From Podarcis liolepis (taxonomy: Eukaryota): DNA of 64,000 nucleotides. The DNA lies in the NCBI GenBank assembly GCA_965112155.1, contig OZ218099.1. One strand, written 5' to 3'. A model generated the notes under the pieces. It ran no database searches and was not told the DNA's origin. It worked only from the letters and a program-made list of their open reading frames with translations. Numbering within the stretch: position 1 is the stretch's first letter; each line of letters starts with the position of its first letter. Below, one piece after another: positions 1 through 38,500 of the stretch. A program made the position numbers and the translations under genes.

Positions 1-397
1 GGACGTTCGCAATCAATGAATGTACAGTCCATGTGTTGAGCTGGACAAAGGAAAAAATGTGCACTCTTCCACACATAACACTTCTGTATGTACAGACAGC
101 TTGCACCAGTGTTCAGTGCAATGTGTGAACATGCCCAATATGCTGGTGTCAGATTTTTTTACCCAAGAAAATGGGAATTGGATAATGTACGCACATAACC
201 TTCACACTGGTAAATAAAAATGTAACAGCTTATGTCAACAGAACTTACCAAAAGCCCTTAAGCATCAAGGTCTAATTTTCTGAACATGTTAGTCACCAGT
301 GAGGAAGAACTTGTTCAGAAAAGTGAATTACTACTGTTAGCCATACTAATAACTCAATAGTAGTATATTAATTAACAACACAAGCTTTTTAATGATA

Positions 398-545
398 GGT
401 AAAGGGACCCCCTGACAGTTAAATCGAGTCGTGAACGACTCTGGGGTTGTGGCGCTCATCTCGCTTTACAGGCTGAGGGAGCTGGCGTTTGTCCGCTCCA
501 CAGTTTTCCCGGGTCATGTGGCCAGCATGACTAAGCTGCTTCTGG
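398..545 (-). mobile_element. Sauria SINE (Squam1), 3' fragment
   Basis: Matches the 3' half of the copies at 34111 and 42094, including the ACCTTT-type tail. Confidence 0.85.
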
Positions 546-839
546 TGCACCCATGTCTCTTTTTTAATGAGAGTTACTGTATATTTAGAATGGGAACAGG
601 TATTTTACCATTCTCTCCTACTGAAGCCCACTAGGCTTGCCAGGAATAGTTAATACCTTATGCTGTTTCAAAAGGACTGCAAGTCAGTCTCACCCCTAGA
701 ATTCAATGTAGATATGGATTTCTCAGGAAACTGCCTTTCTAACCTGCCCTTTTCTGAAAAGTTTGTTGAGAATCTGCATTGATTTCCTGTTGACCTGGAC
801 TCAATTCAAGGTGCTGGCCAATAAAGCCAAAGGGATTTA

Positions 840-3800
840 AGCAGCTTCAGCCTTTATTGGCAAAGACATACAACTAAGGATTAGAGGTAGCCCTCCAAGG
901 TAAATCACGAATTAATGATGTCACTTTGGGATATTTATATGTGGTGGAAATACAATTACATCATCCCACGTAACACTGGTGCACTTCTGAGCTAATGGGT
1001 ATATAATCATTCTACCAATATAAAAGTTGGCATTGTGACAATTTGAAAATTCTATTAAATCCAACTAGAAGAGGGTTTGCAGCTTCCCACGTAATGTCAG
1101 AAGTACTACCCTCATAATAGAGCAGGCCAATAGAAGAGTTAGTAAAGACTTAATAAAATTAAGTTTCAACTTATACGGGTTATATCATGGACCTAGTGCA
1201 TAAAGCCAAATTTGTGTACTGTATAGTCAAAACACACTTTCCCAAGGTGAGTGCAGTGGCAGGTGAGATTGCCAAGATTCCCCCTGCCCCTCAGACACCC
1301 ACCCCCTTTAAATTTTTTCTGGGTAAGCATGTAAAGCTGAATTCACAAAAGTTAAATGTGTTTAAATTGTGAGTTGATTGGGTTTTTTTTGAATTCTACA
1401 GTAAGAGAGGCTCTTCAGCCTGGTTGAATTTTCTGGCCACTCAAACCTGTGCCAGAAATACACAAAACATTCAGTTATGGGGTGAAAAACTGGGCAGAAA
1501 CATGGAAACTGGAGTCACAAGAATTTTTAGTTGACAAAAAAATTATACATAAAATGAGAAAAATCTCATTTGAGGAAGGTGCAAGCAGCTGCTTCAACAC
1601 TAGGTACACTGCAGTTCCACCATTGGAAACATTACGGCACATTTACAAATATACAAATCCAGGATTAACGAACAGGAGGCAATACTAGAAGCACTTGTAC
1701 AAAAGACAAATTTCATTTCAAGAGGCAGTCAGGTCAAGTAGCTTAAACTTCACTGGATGAATGAAGAGTTCACAAGCCTTCAGTTGAGAAGCACAAGCCA
1801 GGATTCTGCCTGCCATCTGTGCACATTTCTTGCCCATTTAAAAAACCAATTGCTTCCCAAATAGAACCCTCTGGCTTTCCCCGTTGCAGGATAGGGAAAG
1901 TTGAAACTGAGGCACGAGAGGGAACGCTTGTAATAAAATCATTAAAATGCAAAGAACTAACTGATTGCTTCCAGAGACCTGCTCGAGTTCCACACTATTA
2001 AAAAGACGAATTGAGGAATGCATTTGCAAGTTTACTATCATTTTTTTTTTTGAACTAGCTATCCTAGAAGAGTGCAGGGCTGTCCCTAGCAACTGGATTC
2101 AAGGATTAGGAGAGCAGCTTTCACTTAGGTATGTGCTGTCTCCAAGTTAAAAAAAAAGCCTGCACAATAATGCCCCAGCAAGTTCTATGACAAATCTCCA
2201 AGAACTGCAAGCACTACAACATGTGAAACAGAGGCCAGGGATAGAAAGAAAAAGGAGATGGGAGGGGATATCAGTGAAGTTTAAGTTACTGAGCAATCTC
2301 ACAAATACACTTTCAGAAATTCACCCCACTATACTCAGTGTCACTGTCAATTGCTGTCAAAGAAAGCATCTCCTTATCCCAGAACGCGGGTGTCCATCCT
2401 CTGTCACATATATCTTCTTCAGTCATCCCACCACTGTATCTACCATCACCAAAGCAATACAGGATATGAGGCACAGTTCAACCCAGTTGTCTGGCTACCA
2501 ATCCTGATGCTGCTCAAGTTCCGTTGGGATCTGCTCTGAAGAAAGCTGGGGCTGGGGCTCAGTTCACTTGTCTCTTCTTCCTCAGCACGCTGCCTGCTGG
2601 CAATCATTTCCTTGGGCAAACTCTATTCTTGTTGACTCTGCAGAATATTCGTGGTGACTATTTTTTCATCCCCAGCACTTCCCACTTTTCCAGAAGTTGC
2701 TCTCATCAGGTGAAGCAGTATCCCCTTTTCCCCACAACCTAGCTGCTTTTGGGAAAACAGGCTTGCTTCCACTTTACATCCTCTTCACTTACAATTAAAA
2801 AGCTATGGCTTCACTAACTCAAATTCATTCAGCAAACCCCAGATTCTATTTCCAGGGACCGAACAGATTTGGGTCTAATGAGAATTATTTAAGACAGCAA
2901 CTCCACTAAGCATGCAGCAAAAGCTACGAGCTTCCACTGGCCATGCATGGAGGGCTCTATTTTATTAATTCCTCTATGCTTTGCTATGTTTACTGCTCCT
3001 TTTGTAAACCAAAGTGGTGGATGCGGCATAGAACTCCCTTAAGACAGAAAGTTTAAATCACCATTATGTATGTACAAATGCCATTCTGACCCCCAATAGC
3101 GCAGGATACAACATAACGTGTGCCATATAAAAATGACCGAGTGCACACTGGTCTCCGCCAGCCTTTGGCCTATGGACAGATGGAATTCAGTTTCCTTCCT
3201 TGCTCTCTCCTGCCTCCTGCAGCTGAAGTAATGCAATAGCAGTGTCACAAAGTAACAGCTGAACAACAGGGTAACAGATTCATTGCACTGCGGCATCTTC
3301 TTAAAAAATAAAGACATGCTTCTCCAACAGTATTTGTTATGATAGGGACTGCTCCCTAGATGGCTGGCAGGTCCCCACAAAGTCAGAGGCTGCCTTTGCT
3401 CCAAGCATCACATCCAGCACACAGTGCCATGGCAACTATGGCAAAAAGGGTTTGTGGGTTTCCTTAAGATTCCTAGATGAAAATGCTTACACTTAGTCAT
3501 TATGGGCTACTCACAGGTTCACTAGTCTACTTCTTGGTCACCATGCAGTCTTGAAAAGGTGAATAGCTGATCTCTTGAACACCGGTGACTGGAAATATAC
3601 AGCAGTATAACCCCCTTGGATTGAGTTTTAACTCTTCCCTCTTCATCAGCTGGTTTTAAACCATTGTATCTTTTAATCCCATTTTAACATCTTAAACCTG
3701 ATCCTTTATTTATTATTATTATTTATTATTAGCTAGTCCTTTATGATGGCCCCTAGTTAGATCCCCTTCTCAAGAGTGTTGCAGTTTAAGATTGCTCCCC

Positions 3801-4080
3801 TTTCTCAGCCCAGGTCCGAGTCCCACCCCACCCCATTCCATCAATGATGGCCTCTGAGTAGAGACCTTTTCCTTCCGCTAGTGAGATACCCTGGTTTTTG
3901 TTTAAATTGGTCACGGAGGCCCACCCTCCCCCCCAACTTTGTAAATTTCAGGAGATGGGGAGTGAAGTCATTTTATGTCCCACAATGCTCTTCCCGTCCT
4001 CCCTAACCCCCCATTAACAGGGATTTGTAACACTGGGTTGTGGACGAGTTCCCAGTATTCCTCCCAGCGCACACAGGAAC
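840..4080 (-). other. TNPO2: Probable non-coding last exon (3'UTR) of TNPO2; 3' end uncertain
   Basis: Strong acceptor ctgtctttttttctcag at 4081. The downstream sequence is largely free of recognisable repeats. AATAAA candidates on minus near 3707, 2961 and 853. Confidence 0.5.
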
Positions 4081-4666
4081 CTGAGAAAAAAAGACAGCCA
4101 GTATTAAATAAAAGTAACCAGCAGAGCACATTAGACCCTGACTCCCCCTTTCACAGCATGTTGCTCATGCTATCTACTAGTATGTCTGCAGGATGCACAG
4201 CCACAACTAACTTGGGCAGACTGATTGCTGCACTGGCAAATTGGGGTAAAAGCCGGAGTAGGGTGGACTTTGAACTCTTCCGCTACATTAATTCATAAGC
4301 AAATATCAATACGGAAGGCCGGAACCTCAAATATCAGAATAAGAGGAATTGTGGCTGGGGAATGTGGGCTTTCCTGCACTGCCATCTCCTGACACATCCC
4401 ACAAGGGTAGTAGATTGCTTCCTATATGGGATATTTGATCTCCACATTCACATTCTCAAGAGCCTCTGCTCAATATCACTGAAACACAGATTCTGCATCA
4501 CGGAGAGGACAACTGAGTACAAGCTGGCCTACATCTTTCCATCTCAATTAGCTCCAACATTCAATTCATTCTTCCTACTTTGGTCACTCCATTCCCTTCT
4601 TGGGGCTTTTCTCCCTCTCCTATCTCACCGAATATGGGACTTACCGAGTACGGTTTCACTGTTTGC

Positions 4667-30138
<25,472 letters not shown>

Positions 30139-30453
30139 TTATGACTGCAAACATCACCAAACTAAGACGCAAAACTGCATGTTGTACACATCTTCACTTG
30201 TAATCAAAATTCAAGTAACCTAGGTAATCAGCCAGATGGCAAATTGGTATTTGAGGCCCACAAACACAGGATTCATTTAGATCCATAACTCTGTGAGGTG
30301 GACAAGATGGAGAGACAGTGATTTGCACAAACATCATAGATGGAGTAATTTCCCATGTACCAGAAAAAACTTGTCCACTATACAATATTGAACATGGACT
30401 TCACATGCATAAGTTGATATACTTCTCCACAAGCACAAATGAGACGGCTTAAG

Positions 30454-30778
30454 CAGTGTTAGAAAGTGATATATTATAGCTAGGAGCTAAATGGCAGCTT
30501 AAACCTAGGCTATGGGCGCAAAAACGGAATGTCTGGGCACACTTTTTATAACAATACAAAGCTGAAAATAAATGAACTGCAGCTAACATATTTCACATGG
30601 TCTGGTCCAGAGAGTAGCTGGAAGCGGGGTGGCAGAAAAAGGTCTTCCTTTCATTGCACTCTGCAGTTTTAATCTGAAATCTTAGGCACAGTACTGCACC
30701 CAGAGCTTAGAAACTGCTTACACTAATGAAATTCCCTGTCGCAAAAGGCGCCTAGAACAATGGGAGTTTTGAACACTG
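30454..30778. mobile_element. hAT-type MITE
   Basis: TIRs CAGTGTT/AACACTG; 8-bp TSD ggcttaag/tgcttaag; homologous to 54112-54547. Confidence 0.85.
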
Positions 30779-31899
30779 TGCTTAAGACAATATAAATGAA
30801 AACATCTAAAAATAAGTTTTACCGAAAAAAATATGCAATAGAGCAAGGTCCTTAGAAAGTGCTAGAAAACCCATTTTTGGCAGCATAGTCAAGATCTATA
30901 TATGACTCATCAGAGAGCATCCATAGAACATGGGAGGAACTTGCTCAAGGCTCTCCCCTATGGCATTATATAGTAGACAGGTTTCACTGAAATAAATGAA
31001 AGATATTATACCTAAAGATAGCAAAGGACGTTGATGTGAGGGATGACTTTGTTTGATATTAGTAATCACACATGTATCATACTACAGTATATAATGCCTA
31101 GTTGTTACCCATTTGTTGCATGCAATTCTGACAACTTCCGGCAATGTTCTGCTTCTAAGACATATTTTCTAAGGTCTAAATATGCTATTTTGTATCAAGC
31201 AAAATGTTTTTCCTCAAATAGTTCACCTATTATTGTTTTGATTTCCACATGAAATGTAACTGCACAACTTCCACAAGCATCCACTTAATAAGGCCTTTGA
31301 CAAAACACTGCACAATCCAGTACCTATAACTGAGCCTTTGTGACTGTTCAAAATGTATTAGAAGTTGAGTGCTCCACACCTATTACACTCAAGTGTGAGA
31401 GTACTCACCTCCCTTTAAAAAAATCCAGTTGATAACCAGAAACTACCCGCCCATCCATACCAATCATTTTGTAAGCTTTTCACTCCCCTCTCTCCAGCAC
31501 ATCTATTCCAATTTTGATTTTTTGAAGGAGTGAACAGCTATGATCAACAAGCAGGGCCATTTTGCTTCCATTACATTGGGACTGGACAACCTCTTAATAC
31601 TTCAGAATGAGGGCATGAAATAGGACCGTGCAACGACTCCACACAGTTGGGGAGACACGTGCTTACAGCAAGGAAATGGAGTACTGTACAAGGTATCAGG
31701 CGAGAGCCAAAAAGAGCCGAGCCAAAATGCGGGACTCTCCAGCACATCTATTCCAATTCCAGATTGTAGCCTTATATTCCGTCATCTCAGAGATGTAAAT
31801 ATTAGAGGTGACAGATCAACCAACAGTTTCTAATCACCAAACGGAGGGCCTTCCCACCTCCCGCCCATGCTTAAGAGGCTGTGTGCTTTTAAGTACCAG

Positions 31900-33330
31900 C
31901 TGCCTTCTGGGTGGGGACGAAACGTATAATGGGAGATGGTTGGTTGATGCCCTGTTTGAGCTTTCTAGTCGCTTTTAAGAACAAGGCGCTGGGCTGGAGG
32001 GACCTTTGGTCTGGTCCGCCTGGGCTCTTTCTGTTTAAGCGCGTGCCGGGCGACCAGTTCTTCGGCGAGGCTCTCCTGGCTCCCGCCTTGGGCTCTGCAG
32101 CACCACCTCCCACACAGAGGAAGCGTAAGCGCAGCTGCCCAGGGCCCCGCTGACCACCGCGGAAGCCCTCACGCCCCTCCCTCAAAGCCATGTTGGGCCG
32201 GAGCAGCCCAGCAGCTTAGCCAGCAACGTCTCGCCCCAATCAGATCAGGCCCGGCCAACTCGGTTCCCCCCGCCCGCCTCGCCGCCCACGACCGGGCCAT
32301 TTCAGATTCCGCCCCTCTTCCGCCCTGCCTCCTCAACCGCTGGGCGACCTAACCCCCGCCAGCCAGCCAGCCACCCGCCCAAGCCCGGCTCCTTGAAGGC
32401 TTCGCCTTCGCGAAATCCCTGCCTAGGCCGAAGCCGGGGGAGCCTCGCGCCATCCCCTCACACGCCCGCTCACGGCGCGCCCCAACCACCGAGCTTCCCA
32501 CGCGCGCCCAGGGAACCCCGGCGCTGTACCTGCCCGGTTCCCGCGTGCCCAGGTTCAGGCCGCGGCTTCGGCGCCGAAGGAGGGAAGAAGGAGGTGGGGG
32601 GCGGCAAGACGAACGCGACACGCGGGCGATGAGCCGGGCCGGCCGCCGTCTCTGCCACTCACGTGACTAAGACCAACAAAAAAAAGAAAGAAAAAGGGGA
32701 GGAGCAGTGGACCCGCTCGCGCACGTCTATAGACGAGGGCAAAGCAAGCACGTCACGTGGCTCAGGAGAAAGGGCGGTAGCCACGCCCTCTCCTCCCTCC
32801 GTCCGCTAGTCCGGATGGAAGCGCGGCGCCTTGAGGCAGGCGGCTGACGTCACGTCGCGCAACCTAACCTGGCCGCTGATGAAGCGCTACAAAACCAGAC
32901 GGCGGGAGGCTTGATTATGTCGCCCAGCCGCACGTTGTCACCCCGAACAGATTTCGTTTCGCTTGTTTTTTCTCCCGGCGCAAACTTCCGTTGGCTGAGA
33001 GAAAACTAAGAGCTTCTACCTAAAAACGCAAGCAAGCAGGTCTTTTTCAAAGAGCCACCGGGCGCCTTTCCGTGCTCAGTGTAGCAGGCGGTGTCACTGA
33101 AGGGAAAAAGGAGTTCAAGCGGCCGCTGGGCGCGGGAGGCTGTCCCCGCCCCCGTGGCCGGGCTGGCGCCTCTAGCCTGACCCGGACTCCGAGCCGGGCG
33201 GGGAGGCGCCGCGTTTTGTCGGTACAAGAAATAAGAGCGGGGCGCTTCTGGAGTCTTGTGGATGCATATTTCTGGAGGAGGGGGCGGAGGCGTGCCCATT
33301 ACGTTCTACGGAGCATATGCAGTGCTATCT
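31900..33330. promoter_or_regulatory. CpG island / TNPO2 promoter with non-coding first exon(s)
   Basis: High GC and CpG. CRE TGACGTCA at 32845-32852; E-boxes CACGTG near 32660 and 32754; GC boxes. Candidate minus-strand donor CAC|gtgagt at 32663/32662. Confidence 0.8.
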
Positions 33331-33474
33331 TCAAATAATGTTGGCAGAGAAACGTAAGAAGATTACAGGGTTGGGAGCGATCAAACAAACCACACGGGGA
33401 GCAACCCCGTGCAAGCAACAGATCATGGCCGCCTGCTCAAAGATGGACAAACCCCGTGGTAGGGGGCTTCAGGG

Positions 33475-33584
33475 CACCCGCGTAGCCAGGATTTTTGTTA
33501 GCGGGGGGAACCTCAGTTAGCTATGTATTTTTATTCATTTGTGGGGGCAGCTGCTCCCCCCTGCCCCCCCCGGCTACGCCCATG
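33475..33584. mobile_element. Short hAT-type MITE
   Basis: TIR core GCGTAGCC/GGCTACGC; exact 8-bp TSD cttcaggg. Confidence 0.8.
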
Positions 33585-33886
33585 CTTCAGGGGCAAATCC
33601 TTGCTTCCAAATAGGCTACCGGGCTGTCACATTTGCCGACAGCTTCATTATAAACTAATCTTGTTTGTATAAGATATGACAATGCTTAGGGCTAGGCTTT
33701 TCGATTGCCACATGTATGGTGCTCTTTTATTGCATATATGTTTCTTGTACAGTACATGAAATACCTGGTAACTGTCCATGCATGGGCTGCTATGGAGAGA
33801 TATATCAGGCTGATGATTCTGTGTTATGGGATTATTATTATATTTGTTAGTCTCCCTATCTTTCCCAGGGCAACCCAAAGTGACTA

Positions 33887-34110
33887 CAGTCATACCTCGG
33901 GTTACGAACGCTGCAGGTTGCGCGTTTTTGGGTTGCGGACTGCATCAAACCCGGAAGTATCGGAACGGGTTACTTCTGGGTTTTGGTGCTCGCACATGTG
34001 CAGAAGCACTGAATCACGTCACGTGTGTGCGCAGATGCGGCGCTGCAGGTTGCAAATGCTGCAGGTTGCGAACGTGCCTCCTGCATGGATCACGTTCGCA
34101 ACTCGAGGTA
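33887..34110. mobile_element. Tc1/mariner(pogo)-type MITE, right end clipped
   Basis: ta-CAGTCATACCTCG ... CGAGGTATG, fused directly to a SINE. Confidence 0.75.
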
Positions 34111-34440
34111 TGGGTTAAACCACAGAGCCTAGGGCTTGCTGATCAGAGGCGGTTTGAATCCCCGCAACAGGGTGAGCTCCCGTTACTTGGTCCCTGCTCC
34201 TGCTAACCTAGCAGTTTGAAAGTATGCCAAAAAGTGCAAGTAGATAAATAGGTACTGCTCCAGTGGGAAGGTAAATGGCGTTTCTGTGTGCTGTTCTGGT
34301 TCGCCAGAAGCAGCTTAGTATTGCTGGCCATATGACCCGGAAGCTGTACACTGGCTCCCTTGGCCAGTAAACTGAGATGAGCGCCACAACCCCAGAGTCG
34401 TCCGCGACTGGACCTAATGGTCAGGGGTCCCTTTACCTTT
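34111..34440 (+). mobile_element. Sauria SINE (Squam1), near full length
   Basis: tRNA-like head (ggtttgaatcccc B-box); tail ctttaccttt. Confidence 0.9.
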
Positions 34441-34529
34441 ATATACACACACACACTAAAACCAAGAAGAAAAATACATTAAATACTTCCCACCTACTTT
34501 TAAAAGGCCACAGATAGTTAAAGGCCAAA

Positions 34530-34668
34530 TACAGATAGGTAGCCGTGTTGGTCTGCCATAGTCAAAATAAAAAAATTCCTTGCTACTGGACACGATGCAC
34601 ACGAAAGCTCATACCAAGAACTAACTTAGTTGGTCTTTAAGGTGCTACTGGAAGGAATTTTTTTTATT
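34530..34668. mobile_element. Penelope-like element fragment with inverted 5' segment
   Basis: 34530-34581 is the reverse complement of the 3' end of the 59776 copy; flanked by a ttaaaggccaaa direct repeat. Confidence 0.7.
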
Positions 34669-34889
34669 TTAAAGGCCAAAGGTCATGCTACTCCCATAGT
34701 CTGCTCTGGAAAACCCACCAGAGCAGATTTTGAGAGCACATGCTATTTACTTCCGACATAATGTAGATCGCAACCGAAACATGAAAATTAGTAATTAGAT
34801 GGATAGTTATGGACTATGCTGCGCATAGAAATGTTCAGATTTAATTAAAGCTAAGCTGTAATACCGTTTGAATGTGCTTCTTTTGTTTA

Positions 34890-35500
34890 TCGCTCGAAGG
34901 AGCTCGGAAACGACCGTGCCTATCGGAATGTCAGTTTACCTTTCCGTCTATTTGCCGCTGCTACGCCCTATCCCTCCGCGGTCGGGTTGCTTCACACTGC
35001 GCAAGCGCGGAGATCCAGTGTTTAGGACTACATTTCCCGATAAGACTTGCGACACGCCGCTCCTCCCCTGCGCCCCCTCCCATTCCGGAGCTGGGGGAGG
35101 GAGGTTGCCCGGGCCGGACCCGGCAGCGGCCCCGAGCGGGCGGGCTCGGGCGAGCATGGGGGGCTGCCTTTCCTCGCAGGCGGCCGATGACCTGTCGCTG
35201 CTCAACGACTCTACCGGCGATGGGGCGAGCCTTGGGCCTGGGGATCCGTCTCCACCGCCCATCCCTGTCCCGCCGCCCCCCTACCAGGTAGCGGGTCGGG
35301 GGTTGCGGGGCGGAGGGCGAAAGGGGGGCTGTGGGGCGGGTTCCCCCAGGCCTCGCCAACTGCGGTGCTGGGCGTCGGGGCCAGCCCTGGGTAGCCTACG
35401 GGGTTCTGCTACGCAAGGGAGTAGGAAGCCGACATATGGGGCGAGGAAATTCGGGTGGCATTTTAGGGGGTGGGCAGGGGTCGGGTATTGGCTTCGGGTT
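34890..35500 (+). promoter_or_regulatory. CpG island promoter of the RNF11-like gene
   Basis: CpG-rich. ZNF143/THAP11-type motif ACTACATTTCCC at 35027-35038; NRF1-like TGCGCAAGCGCG at 34998-35009. Confidence 0.75.
35156..35287 (+). CDS. RNF11-like exon 1 (MGGCLSSQ...PPPPYQ)
   Basis: agcATGG Kozak context; CAG|gtagcg donor. Confidence 0.9.
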
Positions 35501-38500
35501 CTTGGGGTAAATAGGGCGGGGTGAGCTGGAACAGTAGCTATAGAAAGAAACTGGGATAACAGATTAGGGTGGAGACCCCCGACCTCATCCAGGTATGCTA
35601 AGGAGACACAAGAATGGGGCTTGATGCCCTCTCGCCCTACAGTCACCTGGAGAGTGGATGTTACTGGGGTGAGTTAAGCCCAGTATTGACTTGGGAATGG
35701 ATGTACAATGTTGAGCAGGAGACAGAACAGTGTCAAGCACAGAAAGATAATCAATATTTTTGCATTGGCATTAGTATTAGTATTGCCCTTTAACCTTTGG
35801 ACTGTGGTGTGTGAGTCTGAGGTCATGGGTCAAGGTACTCTCAAAAAGCTATGGAAACGTGAGTTGTGTGACTAGGGCTGTGGTCGTGGTGGGCATTCAG
35901 GGCGAAGAACTCAAAGTCACAAGTCAGCTATAGAAGATAAGAACTGGGGAACAGAAATAGTGCAGTGTGATTTATAAGAACTGAACAGTGGATCTGAAGT
36001 GAGGAGACCCAAATTCATGCTGAGCTGTGAACTGCTCCACATGATGAAGTATACAACATATAATGTAGAATGTAAATGTGACAGGACCTGCTTTGAAGTA
36101 CAGGCATCATACAGGTATGTTTGTCGGTGGGCCAAGATTGACTGCAGCCCCACAAATTGTATGTTTGGTGGCAAATCTGGGTTAATGTGAGAAGTAGCTC
36201 TCAATTAGCAGTACAGTACGGAACATAACCAATCAATTACTAAATAGGCTTGGTTGAAAATAAATGTTTAGACTCCAAGCTATCTTATGCTAGGTGTGCT
36301 TTCAACCATCCTGACAAATCTTTAGAAGATGTTGAGTTCCAAGCTGTGGTAACCAGGAATGCAGAGTCAGATTTCATAACACCACTATCTCTTTCTGCAG
36401 AAAAATGACATAGAACATGCATGATTGTTTTGTCTTGTCCATTTCAACAGTTGTCCTGTGTGCCTTTGATATTTGCTTTCCCATGTCTGAGGTTTATTGT
36501 GGATCAGCTGCATGTTTCTCTGGCATTTTTGCAAGCTGCCATACCTGCAGAGTAGCATTCTCCAATGTGGGGACAGACAGTCTATGGAAGAAGAATTAGG
36601 AAAGACTGAGGGAAATTCTGGTGGTTTCATCCTGTTTGAAACCTGGGGAAGATAAAGGCAGCACAAACTTAGTTTAAAACGGTGGCTAGAACAAAACATC
36701 AGGATTCCATATCTCAAAGAACCAGAGTGGATCTTGGGAAGATGGCTGTTAGAATGTGTGGGGAATTTATTCACATTAATTTCAGAAACTCTTTGGGCTA
36801 CCTCCTGAAACATATAGGCAGCAGATTAGACAAATGAAAAACCTGCTTCACACACACAAAAATCCCTACACTATTATATTATAGATTGCTTTCTAAAGGA
36901 AATAAATGATAAACACACTGAGGAACTTCCATATTTAAGAAGAGTGTACCACAGATGATTGGATAATGTTTACTAACAACACAGAATGGATGTTACCATC
37001 ATGTTCTGCTTCTGAACTTCTTTAGCTTTTGACTGGCCACTTTTAGACAAAATGCTGAATTAGGTAGACTATTGATTTCAGCCAGCACTGCAATTCTTGT
37101 GTCCCAAATCTTGATTGGGGCAGTGTTCCTAACAATTATCATCTGCTTTAGAGACCAGTAATTTAATGCATGTCTATGGGGGCAACTTGCAGTTTGCTAA
37201 AATGTCTTCATTTTAAATGCAGTGGCTTGGGAGCAAGGGCATTCTGCTGCATGAAAGCAATTGGGGGCATGGGCATTCCAAGCTAACAGTATATTATTGG
37301 ACCACTGTCTCACAATAAATGTTTGTCTAGATACATCCCAAAATAGAGGAGCAAGAGATGGATCTGATTGTTTTATGGTGAGTTAATTAGTTCTGCAAGG
37401 ATCCCAACACCAGAGTCCAGAGAGCAGACAGAAGGGCTTCTTATGCATCTGCAAATGATGCGCTTGCTGTTTAGTTAGTTAGCAATTGCTGGCTCACTCC
37501 CCTGTAAAAACTTAAAATGCCAATCAGAAACATGATAGCACCATGATTTAGCCCATCTGGTGTACTACAGAGTAGATATTATCTGACAGTTTCAGCTTGC
37601 ATATGCCGAAAAGTTAAGTATGTAAATGTAGGAGCCTGCAGGGTTATTTAGTTTTGCCACATTTGTGGAAATATGTTGAATAACTAGCTCTACTGGAGTA
37701 ATGTAGGGGTCTGTGAAGAAAGAATAGTTGATGGCTGAATTGCTGTATGTTGAGTGTGGGTTTATCTCCATTTGATTACTGGCTGGTTACAAGAGTAGCA
37801 ATCATTCAGCCACTCTGTCTTCTGCATTTCTAGGAACATGCACCAATTCCAGTATATCACCCAACGCCCAGCCAGGCACGTCTTGCCACACAACTAACAG
37901 AAGAGGAGCAGATCCGTATAGCTCAGAGGATTGGGCTGATTCAACATCTTCCCAAAGGAATATTTGATCCAGGCACAGAGCCATCGGAAAAGAAAATCAA
38001 AGAGTATGTTTGCCATGTGCAATGCTTTGTGTTTATCCAGTTCACTGAGACTATTTGCTAGTAGATGCATATATGGCCTTTATATCCCACTGACAGTGTG
38101 TAGCAATTCCCTTTCCAAAATGGAATATGGGTATATTGTACTGTCCAATTCTTGGTTTTTAAAAATGATGACTTTAGGCATAAAAAGGTTGACTATCCCT
38201 GGTCTGATTCCTGGTCAATCACTACCAGTTCAGACCGCATTACTTTACATTTATTTGCTCGTTCCCTCAGTTTTGGAGAAGTTCTTTTAGAGCTTTTCAC
38301 AATCCCTTTATGATTTAACCACCCTGAACAACTTAGTGTCATGAGCAAACTTGGCCACCTAACTGGTCTAGCTTGGTTTTTTTTAATAAAAAAAAAGTAC
38401 AGGTCCCAATACTAATTCTTGTGGGACTCCACTTTCTGTCTGCTTTAGTAAGGTTTGTTCTTCTATATGCTTGGTCATTTTATCCTTAACAATACTCTCT

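Noticed and set aside
34868-35524. 218-aa ORF as a single-exon gene
   Set aside because: Only 35156-35287 is RNF11-like; the rest is open frame in the CpG island and intron
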